A stretch of 64,000 bases of DNA from Candidatus Thorarchaeota archaeon (GCA_016933575.1 JAFGAR010000051.1:1-64000), one strand, 5' to 3'; counted from the stretch's first letter, positions 38,201-48,201 are shown. Notes: a model not told the origin generated them from the sequence alone. A program made the numbers and translations.

Positions 38201-38826
38201 GGATGAACAGGAAATTGAAGATGAACTAACCTGGCATATAGTTCGACCTCTTCAATGGAACGTTCGATTTCGTCTTCAGTAGCTCGATATGGTGGAAGTT
38301 TGAGAACTTGCCGAACATAATCAGCTACGAGTGTTGTCATAGCAGCTTCTGTGCCACCAGCAGCACGGATAGGCCCAGCAAGATAGAGAGCTAGATATTG
38401 GTCAGCACCAGATCCACGAATTTTGACCTTTGCTATGCCTTCAAGGGGAGCTGCTGTAATACTCTCTGTCAGTATGGAGAGAGCAACTCGTACAGCTTTA
38501 TCAGCAGCTTTCTCAGGGTCATCGATATTGCCTAGGGTGCCTTCAGCTATCTCTTTTGCAATTTCAAAAGCAACCTTTTCACGAGACATACTCTTTTGTA
38601 ACTCGCGAATGCGATTGGCAACTCCTTTCGGACCCTCTAGTGTGGCCTCAACACGAGCTGCTACATCGTGAGCTGGAGGAATCTCCACAATTGTCTTTGG
38701 GTCAAACCCTTTTGAGCGAGCCGCCTCAGCTGTAGCATATATTTTCTTGACTTCTTGATTCAAGGAGTCGAAATATTGTTGGTAGCTGATGCTATGTGCA
38801 GGGAGTGCATATTCAGGCTCGGTCAC
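35254..38826 (-). CDS. polC: DNA polymerase D large subunit DP2
   Basis: AGPIRAAGGT, GFRLRYGRSRNTG, AAKRRNCDGDED; no intein seen. Confidence 0.97.
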   Translation of the reverse strand: MTEPEYALPAHSISYQQYFDSLNQEVKKIYATAEAARSKGFDPKTIVEIPPAHDVAARVEATLEGPKGVANRIRELQKSMSREKVAFEIAKEIAEGTLGNIDDPEKAADKAVRVALSILTESITAAPLEGIAKVKIRGSGADQYLALYLAGPIRAAGGTEAAMTTLVADYVRQVLKLPPYRATEDEIERSIEEVELYARLVHLQFPVHPDLIRFASSKLAIMLTGPPTEEFEVTGFRDLERIDGDPENKGPNRVRSGAVLVLNDGIVGRAAKLAKIVLDANIEGWDWLNDLAVKMSKASASDEEDTPDKKLEPKYDYLADVIGGRPVFSHPSRIGGFRLRYGRSRNTGLAGVGVHPATMYILEEFLATGTHIRTERPGKGSIVAPVDTIEGPIVLLKDGTVIRFSGLDDVRFTEGKIKRIISLGDILVALGEFLENNHPLVPSGYCEEWWSHDLEDAVSKVAKNELEKKLKGSEFTPDRISEIIESPLINIPSPHQAVHLSKKLKIPLHPYYLYRWRILSLSEIQSLLSWIHTSLEMTTDDGMERISLPFDKNFKTLLEKVGIPHKVLKGKKTILLTDDPIIIFAQIGSGTKTPKGNSTLELLNSISQVLLMDKTGFSIGARMGRPEKAEARKMHPPVQVLFPVGRAKGSERRIEEVAKSVQYISTLDSFNDEDGDDFIVPEASGVSVELVSRRCPECNLKTFESKCAKCGAHTELEPWCSREGCNSPVNPTTGRCPNNHDPKMIRTTRTVNVDLKALLERTKTEVGEFETFGLRGVLGLTNDDKIPEYLGKGILRAKHDVYCYRDGTARFDATDAPLTHFKPREIGIPVRRLRSLGYLTDYNGAPLVSEDQILEIKVQDLVISENCADYLFRVGRFVDDCLEKIYGLPRYYRFNSQEDVIGQLVIGLAPHTSAGIIGRLIGFTNASVCYAHPYWHAAKRRNCDGDEDAVILVLDALLNFSKSYLPAGRGGLMDAPLVLSVILNPNEVDDESHNLEVCRRYPSEFYKLTEKARHPKEVKNLVDIVATRLNTPAQYEGFGFTHNTTSFDTGPKNTRYKLLETMNEKLEAQLHLATLIEAVDSQDVAQRVLSTHFFRDIRGNLRAYSTQKFRCMGCNRTYRRVPISGKCICGDSRLSLTVRQKNISKYLAVTEKIIHEHGLDQYMKERLKLINESLNSLFISEQTSLTDFFE

Positions 38827-38981
38827 TAAAGGTCATATCTGATTCAACACGTTTCAGTATTCTATGTTTCGCTTTAGAAAGCTACAAGTGCCCCAAGCTC
38901 GTTACCAAAGAGTAGATTACTTTAAAGCATTCAATCAGGAATCAGAAGATAACAGGACGCCACCATACATAAAGGAGGAAA

Positions 38982-40787
38982 GTGACAGATTTGCTCACTC
39001 TTGAAGAAACTATTGAATTGATCTTGAAGCATCGGTCTGATTATGAACGTAATGATATTCTGGAAATGATTGAAGAAAAACGCCAAGAACTGGGGCCTGA
39101 AGTCATCAACAATGAGTCTGCTGCAATGATTGTAGCTAGAGAGCTGGGTGTAGATCTATTAAAAGTATCATCAAGTGCACGCCAGAGAATTGAAGATATC
39201 TCAGAATCAAACAAGAATGTTAGCGCTCTGGTAGGAGTTATTGATAGTATTGGTGAAGTACGAACCTTCCAAAAATCCGATGGGGGGGAAGGAAAAGTTG
39301 CTAGCATTTTCATCAAAGATGAAACCGGACATATCAGAGTCGTTCTCTGGGATGATAAGACTCGATTAATTACAGAGGATCACTTGTCAGTAGGATCTGT
39401 CGTTCAGATTCGTGGTGCGTATGCTAAGATGGGGCTTGGTGATACTCTTGAACTAAGCATTGGTCGTATGGGAACTATCCAACCCTTAGAGAGTGATGAG
39501 ATTGAAGAATTGGGAGTTGATTTTGAGAGTCTTTCTTCAGATGATGAGATGAAAATTGGTAGTCTTCAGGAAGGACTATTCAATATCACGGTGAAGGTTA
39601 AGATTCAGAGAGTATTCACACTCTCTACATTTACGAGAAAGAGGGATAATTCGGAGGGCAAAGTTCTATCAATTATTGTGGCTGATGATACTGGTTCAGT
39701 ACGTCTTGTTCTCTGGGACGATAGAGCTGAAGAGATGGAGGATGCAGAACCAGATGAGGTCATTCGTATTTCTGGTGTCAGTACAAAGCTTGATCGTGAT
39801 GGTAGCAATATCGAACTTCATGCAGGAAACGCAGCCAGAATAGAGAGAGGGCTTAAAGATAAGATATCAGCAAAGGTCACTTCTACCCCAAGAACAACGA
39901 CCTCAGCAGAACCTCTAGGAATGAGATCTATTGGAGAATTAGAGACCGAGATGTGGGATGTAGATATTGAAGGCAAAGTCACAACAGTATATGATGTCAG
40001 AACCTTTGTAAGAAAAGATGGTAGTGAAGGCCAGGTAAGAAACATAGTCATTGCAGACCAGACTAGTAAGATACGAGTGGCTTTCTGGGATGAAGATGTT
40101 GACAAGATTGCTAAGCTAAAAGAGGGAGATGTAATCAGAATACTTCATGGTTATGTGAAAGAGGGGTTTCGGGGAGGTGTGGAATTCAATGTTGGTCGCA
40201 AGGCGGAAATTGTGATAAATCCCAAAGACTCAGATTTGAAGCAATTAGATCTATCAGATGTATCATTTGATAGTGTACCAACGCAAGCCTCTCGTATACT
40301 CATTGGAGAGATAGATGAAAGTACTGAAGGAAAAAATGTTGAGATCTGTGGTATTATCGTCGGTATTGGACAGACTGGTGTAATCTATCAAGCATGTCCA
40401 ACATGTAACAAGAAGCTGGAGAAAACTGATGATGGTTACAACTGCAAATCATGCGGCGTGGTAAAAGATCCAGAACCACGAATGCTCTTCAAAATCACTG
40501 TTGATGACGGGTCTGGTTCCATTAGATCAACACTCTTCGGTGCAGTAGGTGAGGAACTACTAGGAATGACCGCTAAAGAAGCTCATAAACTGATTCAAAA
40601 ATCAGGCAAAGAGGATGAACCGCTTCGAATAACTTCTGATAAAATACTTGGAAGATATATTGCAATGCATGGGCGAGTGAAAAAATTCAGAGAGTCACTA
40701 GATATATCTGCAAATGGTTTTGAGTTTGCAGACCCAGTTCAAGAGATTAAACGTCTGAAGGAGACGATTCAGAAAGAAGTAGAATGA
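38982..40787 (+). CDS. rpa: Replication protein A large subunit (multiple OB folds + Zn finger)
   Basis: Repeated D.TG.IR.VLWD OB folds; CPTCNKK...C..C. Confidence 0.92.
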   Translation: MTDLLTLEETIELILKHRSDYERNDILEMIEEKRQELGPEVINNESAAMIVARELGVDLLKVSSSARQRIEDISESNKNVSALVGVIDSIGEVRTFQKSDGGEGKVASIFIKDETGHIRVVLWDDKTRLITEDHLSVGSVVQIRGAYAKMGLGDTLELSIGRMGTIQPLESDEIEELGVDFESLSSDDEMKIGSLQEGLFNITVKVKIQRVFTLSTFTRKRDNSEGKVLSIIVADDTGSVRLVLWDDRAEEMEDAEPDEVIRISGVSTKLDRDGSNIELHAGNAARIERGLKDKISAKVTSTPRTTTSAEPLGMRSIGELETEMWDVDIEGKVTTVYDVRTFVRKDGSEGQVRNIVIADQTSKIRVAFWDEDVDKIAKLKEGDVIRILHGYVKEGFRGGVEFNVGRKAEIVINPKDSDLKQLDLSDVSFDSVPTQASRILIGEIDESTEGKNVEICGIIVGIGQTGVIYQACPTCNKKLEKTDDGYNCKSCGVVKDPEPRMLFKITVDDGSGSIRSTLFGAVGEELLGMTAKEAHKLIQKSGKEDEPLRITSDKILGRYIAMHGRVKKFRESLDISANGFEFADPVQEIKRLKETIQKEVE

Positions 40788-40805
40788 GAGAATCATCAAT
40801 TCCTT

Positions 40806-42047
40806 CTATGAACTCGCTCCAATCAGTGTTTCAAGGGCTGTGAGAAAGACTTGCACATCGTCCATATTGTTATAGAGATAGAAACTCGCACGGACCGTAC
40901 CTTTTTTGGGATCGATTCCCATTTGATAGTGGAATGGTCCAACACAATGCCATCCTGACCGGACCATCACATTGAACTCGTCATTTAGGAATGTTGCCAC
41001 ATCATGGGCAGAAGGTACTGTATCAACAGTAAATGTGACTAGACCCGTCTTAATATTGATATCAGTAGTCCCAAGAATTTTCACATGATCATTTTCGAGT
41101 AAGCGTTTCAGGGCGACATTGAGCAAAGTTCTTTCGTGTGTTTCTATGGCATGCATCCCTAATGATTGAAGATAGTCTGCTGCTGCGCCTGCACCTATTG
41201 CTCCAGCATAGTTCTGAAGACCAGCTTCAAATTTCTCAGGTGGAGGAAGATATTCAGGCAGTATCTTACCATTTTCAAAACGTACATCACTAACTGTATC
41301 TCCACCGTATAAACACATATTCATAGATTCCAGATGTTCAAACTTACCATAGAGGACTCCCATTCCCGAAGGGCCACACATCTTGTGAACAGAGATGGCC
41401 GAGAAATCAACATCAAAATCTTGAACATCAAGAGGATGATGAGGTGCATACTGAGCATCATCAGACATGACTAAAGCTCCATGGTCATGTGCAATCTCAA
41501 CTATCTCTTTCATAGGAACAACTGTTCCAGTGACATTTGAAGAATGGACAACGGATACTAATCTTGTAGTATTGTCAACCGCATTTTTCCAGTCTTCGAT
41601 ATCAAAGGTACCATCAGATTGGGCTTTGATTACCTCAATCTTCAAACCATCTCTTTTTGCTCTCTCAACGAATGGAAGAGAACCACTATGATGCTCAAGA
41701 GAGGTGGTGATGATTTTTGATCCAGCGGGAATCTTCACAGAACTGGCAACGATATTAAGAGACTCCGTAGCATTTCTTGTCCAGATGCATTCTTCAGGTC
41801 TACTTGCGTTCAGAAACCTTGCAAACTTCTCTCGGGCTTTAGAATACGCATTCGAGGCCTCTTCTCCGAATTTATGAATACTTCTACCACCACAGGCTGG
41901 ATATAATTCATAATATTCATTCATAGCATTGATAACTTGACGAGGTTTGAGTGCCATGCATGCGCTGTCCAGATATACTACAGGGCGACCATTGATTTTA
42001 CGCTTCAAAGCAGGAAAATCATCTCGGACTCTATTCCAATCAATCAT
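40806..42047 (-). CDS. sufS: Cysteine desulfurase (SufS-like, class V PLP)
   Basis: VYLDSA, SVHKMCGPSG, RSGWHC, RASFYLYN. Confidence 0.88.
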   Translation of the reverse strand: MIDWNRVRDDFPALKRKINGRPVVYLDSACMALKPRQVINAMNEYYELYPACGGRSIHKFGEEASNAYSKAREKFARFLNASRPEECIWTRNATESLNIVASSVKIPAGSKIITTSLEHHSGSLPFVERAKRDGLKIEVIKAQSDGTFDIEDWKNAVDNTTRLVSVVHSSNVTGTVVPMKEIVEIAHDHGALVMSDDAQYAPHHPLDVQDFDVDFSAISVHKMCGPSGMGVLYGKFEHLESMNMCLYGGDTVSDVRFENGKILPEYLPPPEKFEAGLQNYAGAIGAGAAADYLQSLGMHAIETHERTLLNVALKRLLENDHVKILGTTDINIKTGLVTFTVDTVPSAHDVATFLNDEFNVMVRSGWHCVGPFHYQMGIDPKKGTVRASFYLYNNMDDVQVFLTALETLIGASS

Positions 42048-42052
42048 ATCTA

Positions 42053-42292
42053 TCAGTCCCTTACAAGTTGCCAATGATACCCACCCTTGCCAAACCTCTT
42101 AGTAATCATCCCTTTTTCTACGAGCAAATTGGCAGCCGCTACAAATGCATCTCCACCCGCACAATCAGTACAAAGTTCTGCATACTCATCGGTATGCGCA
42201 AGCTCGAGGATTTCGGTTGTGGTGAGAGATTCTGATGATTCTAGAATTCTGAGGACGCATTGAGCATTTTTTGAGAGGTCTGACATCGTCAT
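42053..42292 (-). CDS. Small winged-HTH protein with CxxC
   Basis: 79 aa, wHTH-like pattern; directly upstream of sufS. Confidence 0.6.
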   Translation of the reverse strand: MTMSDLSKNAQCVLRILESSESLTTTEILELAHTDEYAELCTDCAGGDAFVAAANLLVEKGMITKRFGKGGYHWQLVRD

Positions 42293-42446
42293 TCGTGCCC
42301 ATTCATTCTACAATAAGAAAGCTTCGTATGGACTATATTCCGTTACTCAACAAAATGCTTAAATGAACACCTGAGCCGGTGAGCCCGCTCTATTTCTTTC
42401 GGGGCTGTTGCTCTGGTATGTGTGAAATAGGCAAAGGTGAGCCATA

Positions 42447-42692
42447 ATGGGAAGAAGAAGAAGGCAGAAAGTGCGGCGACGTCCACAGAAAAGAATTCCA
42501 GATGTATATCCATGTCCTGCCTGTGGGAATACTGCTATCAAAATCGAACTATATCGAGATAATGCAATGGCAATTGTGAAGTGTGGCTCATGTAGTATCG
42601 AAATGACCATTGATGAGGTCAACCCTTTGACCGAGCCCGTTGATATCTATGGTTCCTTCATTGACAAGTTCTACGAAGGGCGTTCAGTCTAA
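42447..42692 (+). CDS. elf1: Transcription elongation factor Elf1
   Basis: MGRRR, CPAC...CGSC, EPVDIY..FID. Confidence 0.92.
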   Translation: MGRRRRQKVRRRPQKRIPDVYPCPACGNTAIKIELYRDNAMAIVKCGSCSIEMTIDEVNPLTEPVDIYGSFIDKFYEGRSV

Positions 42693-42766
42693 TTCTAAAT
42701 ATCAGTACATCTCTCAATGTTCAGCAACGGTTATAAGCGGGCAAAATCCGATGGCACGGGATTCCA

Positions 42767-42889
42767 ATGCAGACCATTGATATCGACACCTTCATCCAGG
42801 TTCTATTCATTATATTAGCAGCTATGGGCATATTAGCTATACTTCTCACAATGGGATACATGGTCTATGGCGAGGAAGAGGAAGAATAG
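42767..42889 (+). CDS. 40-aa single-TM microprotein
   Basis: MQTIDIDTFIQVLFIILAAMGILAILLTMGYMVYGEEEEE; fills the gap downstream of a TTATAA box. Confidence 0.55.
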   Translation: MQTIDIDTFIQVLFIILAAMGILAILLTMGYMVYGEEEEE

Positions 42890-42909
42890 TCCACGGGAAG
42901 TCGTTCCCC

Positions 42910-43140
42910 ATGACAGGTTCAATTTTGCAAATTGCTTTTGATAACATTGCTCAACACATCTCAAATATTGAGAGAATAAGAGAACTGGTATATGAAATTG
43001 ATGAAGAATATGATTCAATCGATGAGATCATCAAGTCCCTAGAAGAACGATTGCAAGACGCAGAGATCACTCTTAGAACCGATATCCGTATCTTAATCAA
43101 CGAGTGCCGCCATCTTAAGATAAGGACTGCAGACAAATGA
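42910..43140 (+). CDS. Small helical hypothetical protein
   Basis: 76 aa; stop overlaps the lhr start (ATGA). Confidence 0.65.
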   Translation: MTGSILQIAFDNIAQHISNIERIRELVYEIDEEYDSIDEIIKSLEERLQDAEITLRTDIRILINECRHLKIRTADK

Positions 43141-45977
43141 GTGTGGTAACCCCTCTAAGTAAAGAGATTATATCATTTCTCCAATCTAAAGGAATCACAA
43201 AACCTACGCCCATTCAAGAGAAGACGATACCTATACTACTTCAGGGAGATGATAATGTACTTCTATTAGCACCTACTGGAAGTGGAAAGACAGAAGCTGC
43301 ACTCCTACCATTATTGAACAAGTTATACGAATTGAGTAGAAGAAAGGAACTTTTCGGATTCTATATCATCTATATTACACCGCTAAGAGCGCTAAACAGA
43401 GATGTCTTCAAGAGAGTCGAAGAACTTTGTGAGAGATTGGGACTGACTGTAAAAGTCAGGCATGGTGACACATCTCAATATGATAGAAGAAAACAGGCAA
43501 TCCGACCACCAAATCTTCTAATTACAACACCAGAATCCCTTCAAGCGATTCTACCGGGTAAGAGATTGAAATACCATCTGAAGACTGTGTTTGCAGTTAT
43601 TATTGATGAGGTGCATGATTTAGCCGGTAGTAAGAGAGGTATTCAACTCAGTCTGGGACTTGAAAGACTTGAGAAATTGGTTGGTCAAAGGATTCAACGC
43701 ATTGGACTCTCAGCTACTGTGGGAAATCCAGGTGAGGTGGCCAAGCTTATCAGTGGTAGGTCGTCGATTAAGACGATTTGGGCGGGATACGAAGCTCGAA
43801 GAATGAATCTGAGAGTAGAGATGCCAATACCTACAGACAGGCATAAGATGCTTGCTAGAAAGATATCATATCCACCGCATTCTGTAGCTAGACTTGAAGC
43901 CATTATCGAGTTAATCAATAATCATAATTCGGTCTTGGTCTTTACTAATACGAGATCGTTTGCAGAGGTTCTTGGTGCTAAGATGCGTATGTTAAAACCG
44001 TCTTTTGATTTTGATGTGCATCATGGGTCATTATCCAAAGAAGCACGTCTCTCTGCTGAAGATCGCTTAAAGACGGGGAGAGCTAAAGCTATAATTGCAA
44101 CTTCTAGTCTTGAACTTGGGATTGACATTGGCCAAGCTGATTTAACAATTCAGTATTCATCACCAAGAGAGGTTTCTAGACTGGTACAACGTGTTGGGAG
44201 ATCGGGACATGGTGTTGGTCGCACATCGCATGGGATCATCATATCAACAATCAACCTTGATGATATCACAGAGTCCGGAGTCATCCTTAGGCGAGCTCGT
44301 TCAAATAAGGTAGAAGATGCAAGAATACCAAAGAAAGCCTGGGATGTGCTTGGACATCAAATCACAGGCGTCCTTCTTGATTGTGATGAAATAGATAGAA
44401 ACATCCTTCTGAGTTTGATCAAGTCAGCATATCCATTTCAAAATACTAGTGAGAAAGAGTTCGATAACCTTCTTCGGTTTATGGAAAAGCAACGGCTTTT
44501 GAAGATTGATGCTTCATTGATTTCAAGGGGCACAAGAACTAGAGCCTACTATTATGAGAGGTTAAGCACAATTCCTGATGTACAGCAGGTAAATGCAATA
44601 GATATTACCACTCGTACCTCTATTGGAGTCCTAGATGAGGATTATGTATCGGCAAATGTGGAAACCGGTTCAATATTTGTAATAAGAGGCCGTCCATGGT
44701 CTGTTGTAAGCATAGATACTGAAAGTGGGGAAGTCCTCTGTTCTCCAGTAACAAGTACTGATATAGATGCCCCAAGATGGATTGGTGAAATGATACCGGT
44801 TCCATATGAGGTGGCTACCGAAGTGGCAAAAGTTTGGGTTGGGGTTATGACCAAAGAGAAGAAAGAGCTTGCACATTGGTTAGAAGGCGATTATAGAATT
44901 CCTGAGAAAGCTCAGGAATATATAGTTGAAATCATTGAAGAAAGTGTGAAAGTGCTAGGAGTTCTTCCTTCTACGGACCAGTTCGTTATCGAGTCATGTG
45001 GGACAGGATTAGTGCTTCATGCACCATTAGGAACAAGAGCCAATGAAACACTGGGGATTGTAATTGCATCGCTATTGACGACACGGCTTGGCATAACGGT
45101 ATCTGTAGAGAGAGATCCATATCGTATCCTCTTTACCTGCAATGAGACTCTTGATCCTATTCATATTATTGATATAATGAATGAGTATTCTGGAGCCCAA
45201 GCTGTTCATATCTTGAAACTAGCAGTAAGACAGACACAGAATTTTGCATCAAGATTCGTCCATGTTGCAAGACGGTTGGATATTATTCGACGTGGGGCAA
45301 AATCAAAAGAGATACCTGTTAAATATCTCATCAAATCTTTCGAGAATACCCCGGTATTTGATGAAACTATGCGAGAAGTCTTGGAAGAAAAAATGGATGA
45401 AAAACGAGTAATAGACGTATTCGATGGCTATTCAAGAGGAGACCTTGGTATTCATGTTGTTGAAACGAAATCACCTTCGCCCCTGGCACGTCTGATTATC
45501 GAAGAGAAGACGCGTTTTGAAGTGATGGGCGAGATCTCTGAAGAGAACGAGGTTCTTCGGATGTTAGAAGAACGACTACAATCGAAACAGTTCCGACTGG
45601 TTTGTATGGCTCAAAACCATTGGAGTTCAGTTAGAACAATTTCAACATTTGAGGGCGAGGTTACATGTCCAATCTGTAACTCAAGAATGATTGCTGTATT
45701 ATCAAGTACTGACAACGATTTTCAAAAGATACAAGCAAAACATACTCGTGGAGAGAAGCTGACTAGGGAAGAAGACAAAAGATACAAAGCTGCAGCCCTT
45801 ACAGCTGATTTGGTATCAAGATATGGAAAGACTGCCTTGTTAGTCCTTGCTGGAAGAGGAATTGGTGCTACTACTGCTGCACGTATTCTACAACCCGGGC
45901 TAAGTGGTAGACTTGAGATTCTGAAAGAGATTGCTAAAGGAGAACTTCAATATGAACGGACAAGACCATACTGGTAA
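43137..45977 (+). CDS. lhr: Lhr-like DEAD/H helicase
   Basis: APTGSGKTEA, TTPESL, DEVH, HHGSLS, SLELGIDIG, QRVGRSGH. Confidence 0.93.
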   Translation: MSVVTPLSKEIISFLQSKGITKPTPIQEKTIPILLQGDDNVLLLAPTGSGKTEAALLPLLNKLYELSRRKELFGFYIIYITPLRALNRDVFKRVEELCERLGLTVKVRHGDTSQYDRRKQAIRPPNLLITTPESLQAILPGKRLKYHLKTVFAVIIDEVHDLAGSKRGIQLSLGLERLEKLVGQRIQRIGLSATVGNPGEVAKLISGRSSIKTIWAGYEARRMNLRVEMPIPTDRHKMLARKISYPPHSVARLEAIIELINNHNSVLVFTNTRSFAEVLGAKMRMLKPSFDFDVHHGSLSKEARLSAEDRLKTGRAKAIIATSSLELGIDIGQADLTIQYSSPREVSRLVQRVGRSGHGVGRTSHGIIISTINLDDITESGVILRRARSNKVEDARIPKKAWDVLGHQITGVLLDCDEIDRNILLSLIKSAYPFQNTSEKEFDNLLRFMEKQRLLKIDASLISRGTRTRAYYYERLSTIPDVQQVNAIDITTRTSIGVLDEDYVSANVETGSIFVIRGRPWSVVSIDTESGEVLCSPVTSTDIDAPRWIGEMIPVPYEVATEVAKVWVGVMTKEKKELAHWLEGDYRIPEKAQEYIVEIIEESVKVLGVLPSTDQFVIESCGTGLVLHAPLGTRANETLGIVIASLLTTRLGITVSVERDPYRILFTCNETLDPIHIIDIMNEYSGAQAVHILKLAVRQTQNFASRFVHVARRLDIIRRGAKSKEIPVKYLIKSFENTPVFDETMREVLEEKMDEKRVIDVFDGYSRGDLGIHVVETKSPSPLARLIIEEKTRFEVMGEISEENEVLRMLEERLQSKQFRLVCMAQNHWSSVRTISTFEGEVTCPICNSRMIAVLSSTDNDFQKIQAKHTRGEKLTREEDKRYKAAALTADLVSRYGKTALLVLAGRGIGATTAARILQPGLSGRLEILKEIAKGELQYERTRPYW

Positions 45978-46578
45978 GGAAATCGGCCCCTTGATCGTCT
46001 TTGCAGGCAGAAGTAATGTAGGAAAAAGCAGTATGATTCGAGCACTTACGGGGAAGAAGGTATTGGTTGGGAAACGTCCTGGGAGTACTCGTTGGGAGCA
46101 GGAGATTGATATGGGCTCTTTTATAATTCTAGATATTCCTGGATTCGGATTCATGGCCGGGCAAAGCAAAACAACCATAGAAGAAACAAAAACGAGAATT
46201 ATCCAGAACCTTGAGAGATGGAGTAACAGAATCCTGTTATCAGTTCTTATTGTTGACATATCGCTCTTCAGGGAACTCTATGAGAGATGGGCTTTGCGAG
46301 GTGAGGTTCCCATAGATGTCGAGTTCTATTCATTCCTATGTGAGATAACTCCGAGAGTGGTAGTCGTTGCTAACAAAGCAGACAAAGTAAAGAAACATAA
46401 TATTCAGAGCGAATTAGAGTTTCTGACTCTTAAATTGAGAGAAGCTGTATTAGAGAGAGAACCTACGGTAATTGTGACTGCAGCCTTAAAGAGGAATGGA
46501 GTTTTGGACCTAAAGGATCTCATCGATGAGATCCTTACAGAAGAGGGGCTTGATATACCCAGGTGGGCTATCGCCTAA
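45952..46578 (+). CDS. engB: GTP-binding protein EngB
   Basis: GRSNVGKSS, GKRPGST, DIPGFG, NKAD. Confidence 0.88.
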   Translation: MNGQDHTGKEIGPLIVFAGRSNVGKSSMIRALTGKKVLVGKRPGSTRWEQEIDMGSFIILDIPGFGFMAGQSKTTIEETKTRIIQNLERWSNRILLSVLIVDISLFRELYERWALRGEVPIDVEFYSFLCEITPRVVVVANKADKVKKHNIQSELEFLTLKLREAVLEREPTVIVTAALKRNGVLDLKDLIDEILTEEGLDIPRWAIA

Positions 46579-47659
46579 TCTTCTTCAGTAAATAGAAGGC
46601 CACACCCACGACCAAGATTACTGAAGATAGGATTAGCATAGAACCGATTGCACTCGGAACCTCGGCAAAATCTTCAGACAACCAGCCAATGATGTTCATA
46701 AACAGCCTTGCGTTATCAGCAGTATAGTACCATTGTAACTCGGTATTATCCAAATCTAGTGTTCTTCCTGTGAACATGATAGTCGAGCCCACAACGACCA
46801 TCCTACTTGAGCCATACTCAAAAGCGGATAACCATGATGGAAAGGTTCCATTGACTGCAGAATATGAGAGCGGATCCAGTTCATAATCTGCCAGAGTCAT
46901 GTTGGGATGCGAATAGTTTGCCCATGAATTAGGGCCTGATTTGTATTGGGCAAAAGACGAATCATAAGAGAATCCAATTCCACTGGCCAACTCTAATGGT
47001 TTTAGAGTGGCTGTCATTGTATAGAGTTCGTTGATATTCCTGAAGATCGGATGATTTGTGTCCCAAGTGGTTGCATCAAGTCTTATGACCCAAGGTCTAG
47101 TATCGTTGAGTGCGTGGTCATAATCAAACATTGTATCAGACCAAGTATCGGTTGATGTTTCGTTGATACTGAATCGTACTCCGGTCACATTGAGCCCATC
47201 GAGCACTCTATTGATTGCAATATTGTCTCCAGTGTCTTGAAGAAAAGAATCATCCCAATAATTGGATTCTTGACCAAGGGCGGGGTCACCGAGAAGGAAT
47301 AGAGAACTTCCATTCGCCATCATCTCTTTGATTGCCACTAACTCGGATGTACTAAACTGGTCATTTCGGTCAGGATCTGCGATTATCAAAATGTCTACAT
47401 CATTAAGAACTTCTTCAGTGAGAGAATTTTCATTGATATGAACAATATAGCGTGTTGAGGCATTGACTGAATCAAGCATTAGTTTCAATCCAAGATCTTC
47501 ATCATCAGCATCAAATTGTGGAGCATGGCTTGCATCGTATAGAATCACGATAGGATCAAGGTTTGCTTGACCCACAACAGGTGTCTGCAAACAGGACAGT
47601 AGTATCATTACTGTGAACAATGTCGCAAGTAGTCTTGGAATTGTGTTGAGCTGATTCAT
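46568..47659 (-). CDS. GIFT (GldG/IFT52/Wbp1-like) domain type I membrane protein
   Basis: Signal peptide, ILYDASH, DILIIADP, G.SL.LLGD, N..LF.NII.WL, C-terminal TM + KKIRR. Confidence 0.65.
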   Translation of the reverse strand: MNQLNTIPRLLATLFTVMILLSCLQTPVVGQANLDPIVILYDASHAPQFDADDEDLGLKLMLDSVNASTRYIVHINENSLTEEVLNDVDILIIADPDRNDQFSTSELVAIKEMMANGSSLFLLGDPALGQESNYWDDSFLQDTGDNIAINRVLDGLNVTGVRFSINETSTDTWSDTMFDYDHALNDTRPWVIRLDATTWDTNHPIFRNINELYTMTATLKPLELASGIGFSYDSSFAQYKSGPNSWANYSHPNMTLADYELDPLSYSAVNGTFPSWLSAFEYGSSRMVVVGSTIMFTGRTLDLDNTELQWYYTADNARLFMNIIGWLSEDFAEVPSAIGSMLILSSVILVVGVAFYLLKKIRR

Positions 47660-47751
47660 GAATGTATCCGACCTTATTGCGCTATAAACTCGCAACACCC
47701 GGAGCCGTGTTTTAAAGTTATCTTCAGTTCTAATCTTGAATCAATCAGGTA

Positions 47752-48138
47752 TCAGTCAGTCCGACGCCATTCAACATACATCTTTCTTCGTTCCACATCA
47801 GTGGAGTCAAGGGTCTTGTACTGGCCTCTTATTTCTGCAATCTGCTGTGCAAGAAGATGGTAGCACATGTTTGTTTCACGTGCAATAACAACCTCTTGGT
47901 AGAAACTTCTACATGTGCAGTAGGTCTTTGGTATCAACATATAGTCACGTGCTCGACCTCTGACTATCCACGTTGTGGAAGCACTGGGCTGGAACGTGTA
48001 TTTTATCACTTTCTTCTCTTCAACGATTCTAAGAGCTCTGATGAACTTCTTTCCGTACTTGTTACGAAAATACTCGATATCGTCCTGAGTGAGACTCTCC
48101 TTAGAGAGTTTTTTCACTTCTATCAAAGAAAGTGTCAT
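47752..48138 (-). CDS. SWIM zinc-finger protein, SWS1/ZSWIM7-like
   Basis: YCTC.SF...CYHLLA with an upstream RAL.IV segment. Confidence 0.8.
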   Translation of the reverse strand: MTLSLIEVKKLSKESLTQDDIEYFRNKYGKKFIRALRIVEEKKVIKYTFQPSASTTWIVRGRARDYMLIPKTYCTCRSFYQEVVIARETNMCYHLLAQQIAEIRGQYKTLDSTDVERRKMYVEWRRTD

Positions 48139-48201
48139 GTTCCTCACGAAAACACTGGTATGATGAGGTTAAAATGTTCTACCCTAGAACGATAAATAGC
48201 A

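Noticed and set aside
35254-38826. Intein in DP2 (also considered for topA, lhr and infB)
   Set aside because: Lengths are normal, conserved motifs are contiguous, and no intein signatures are present
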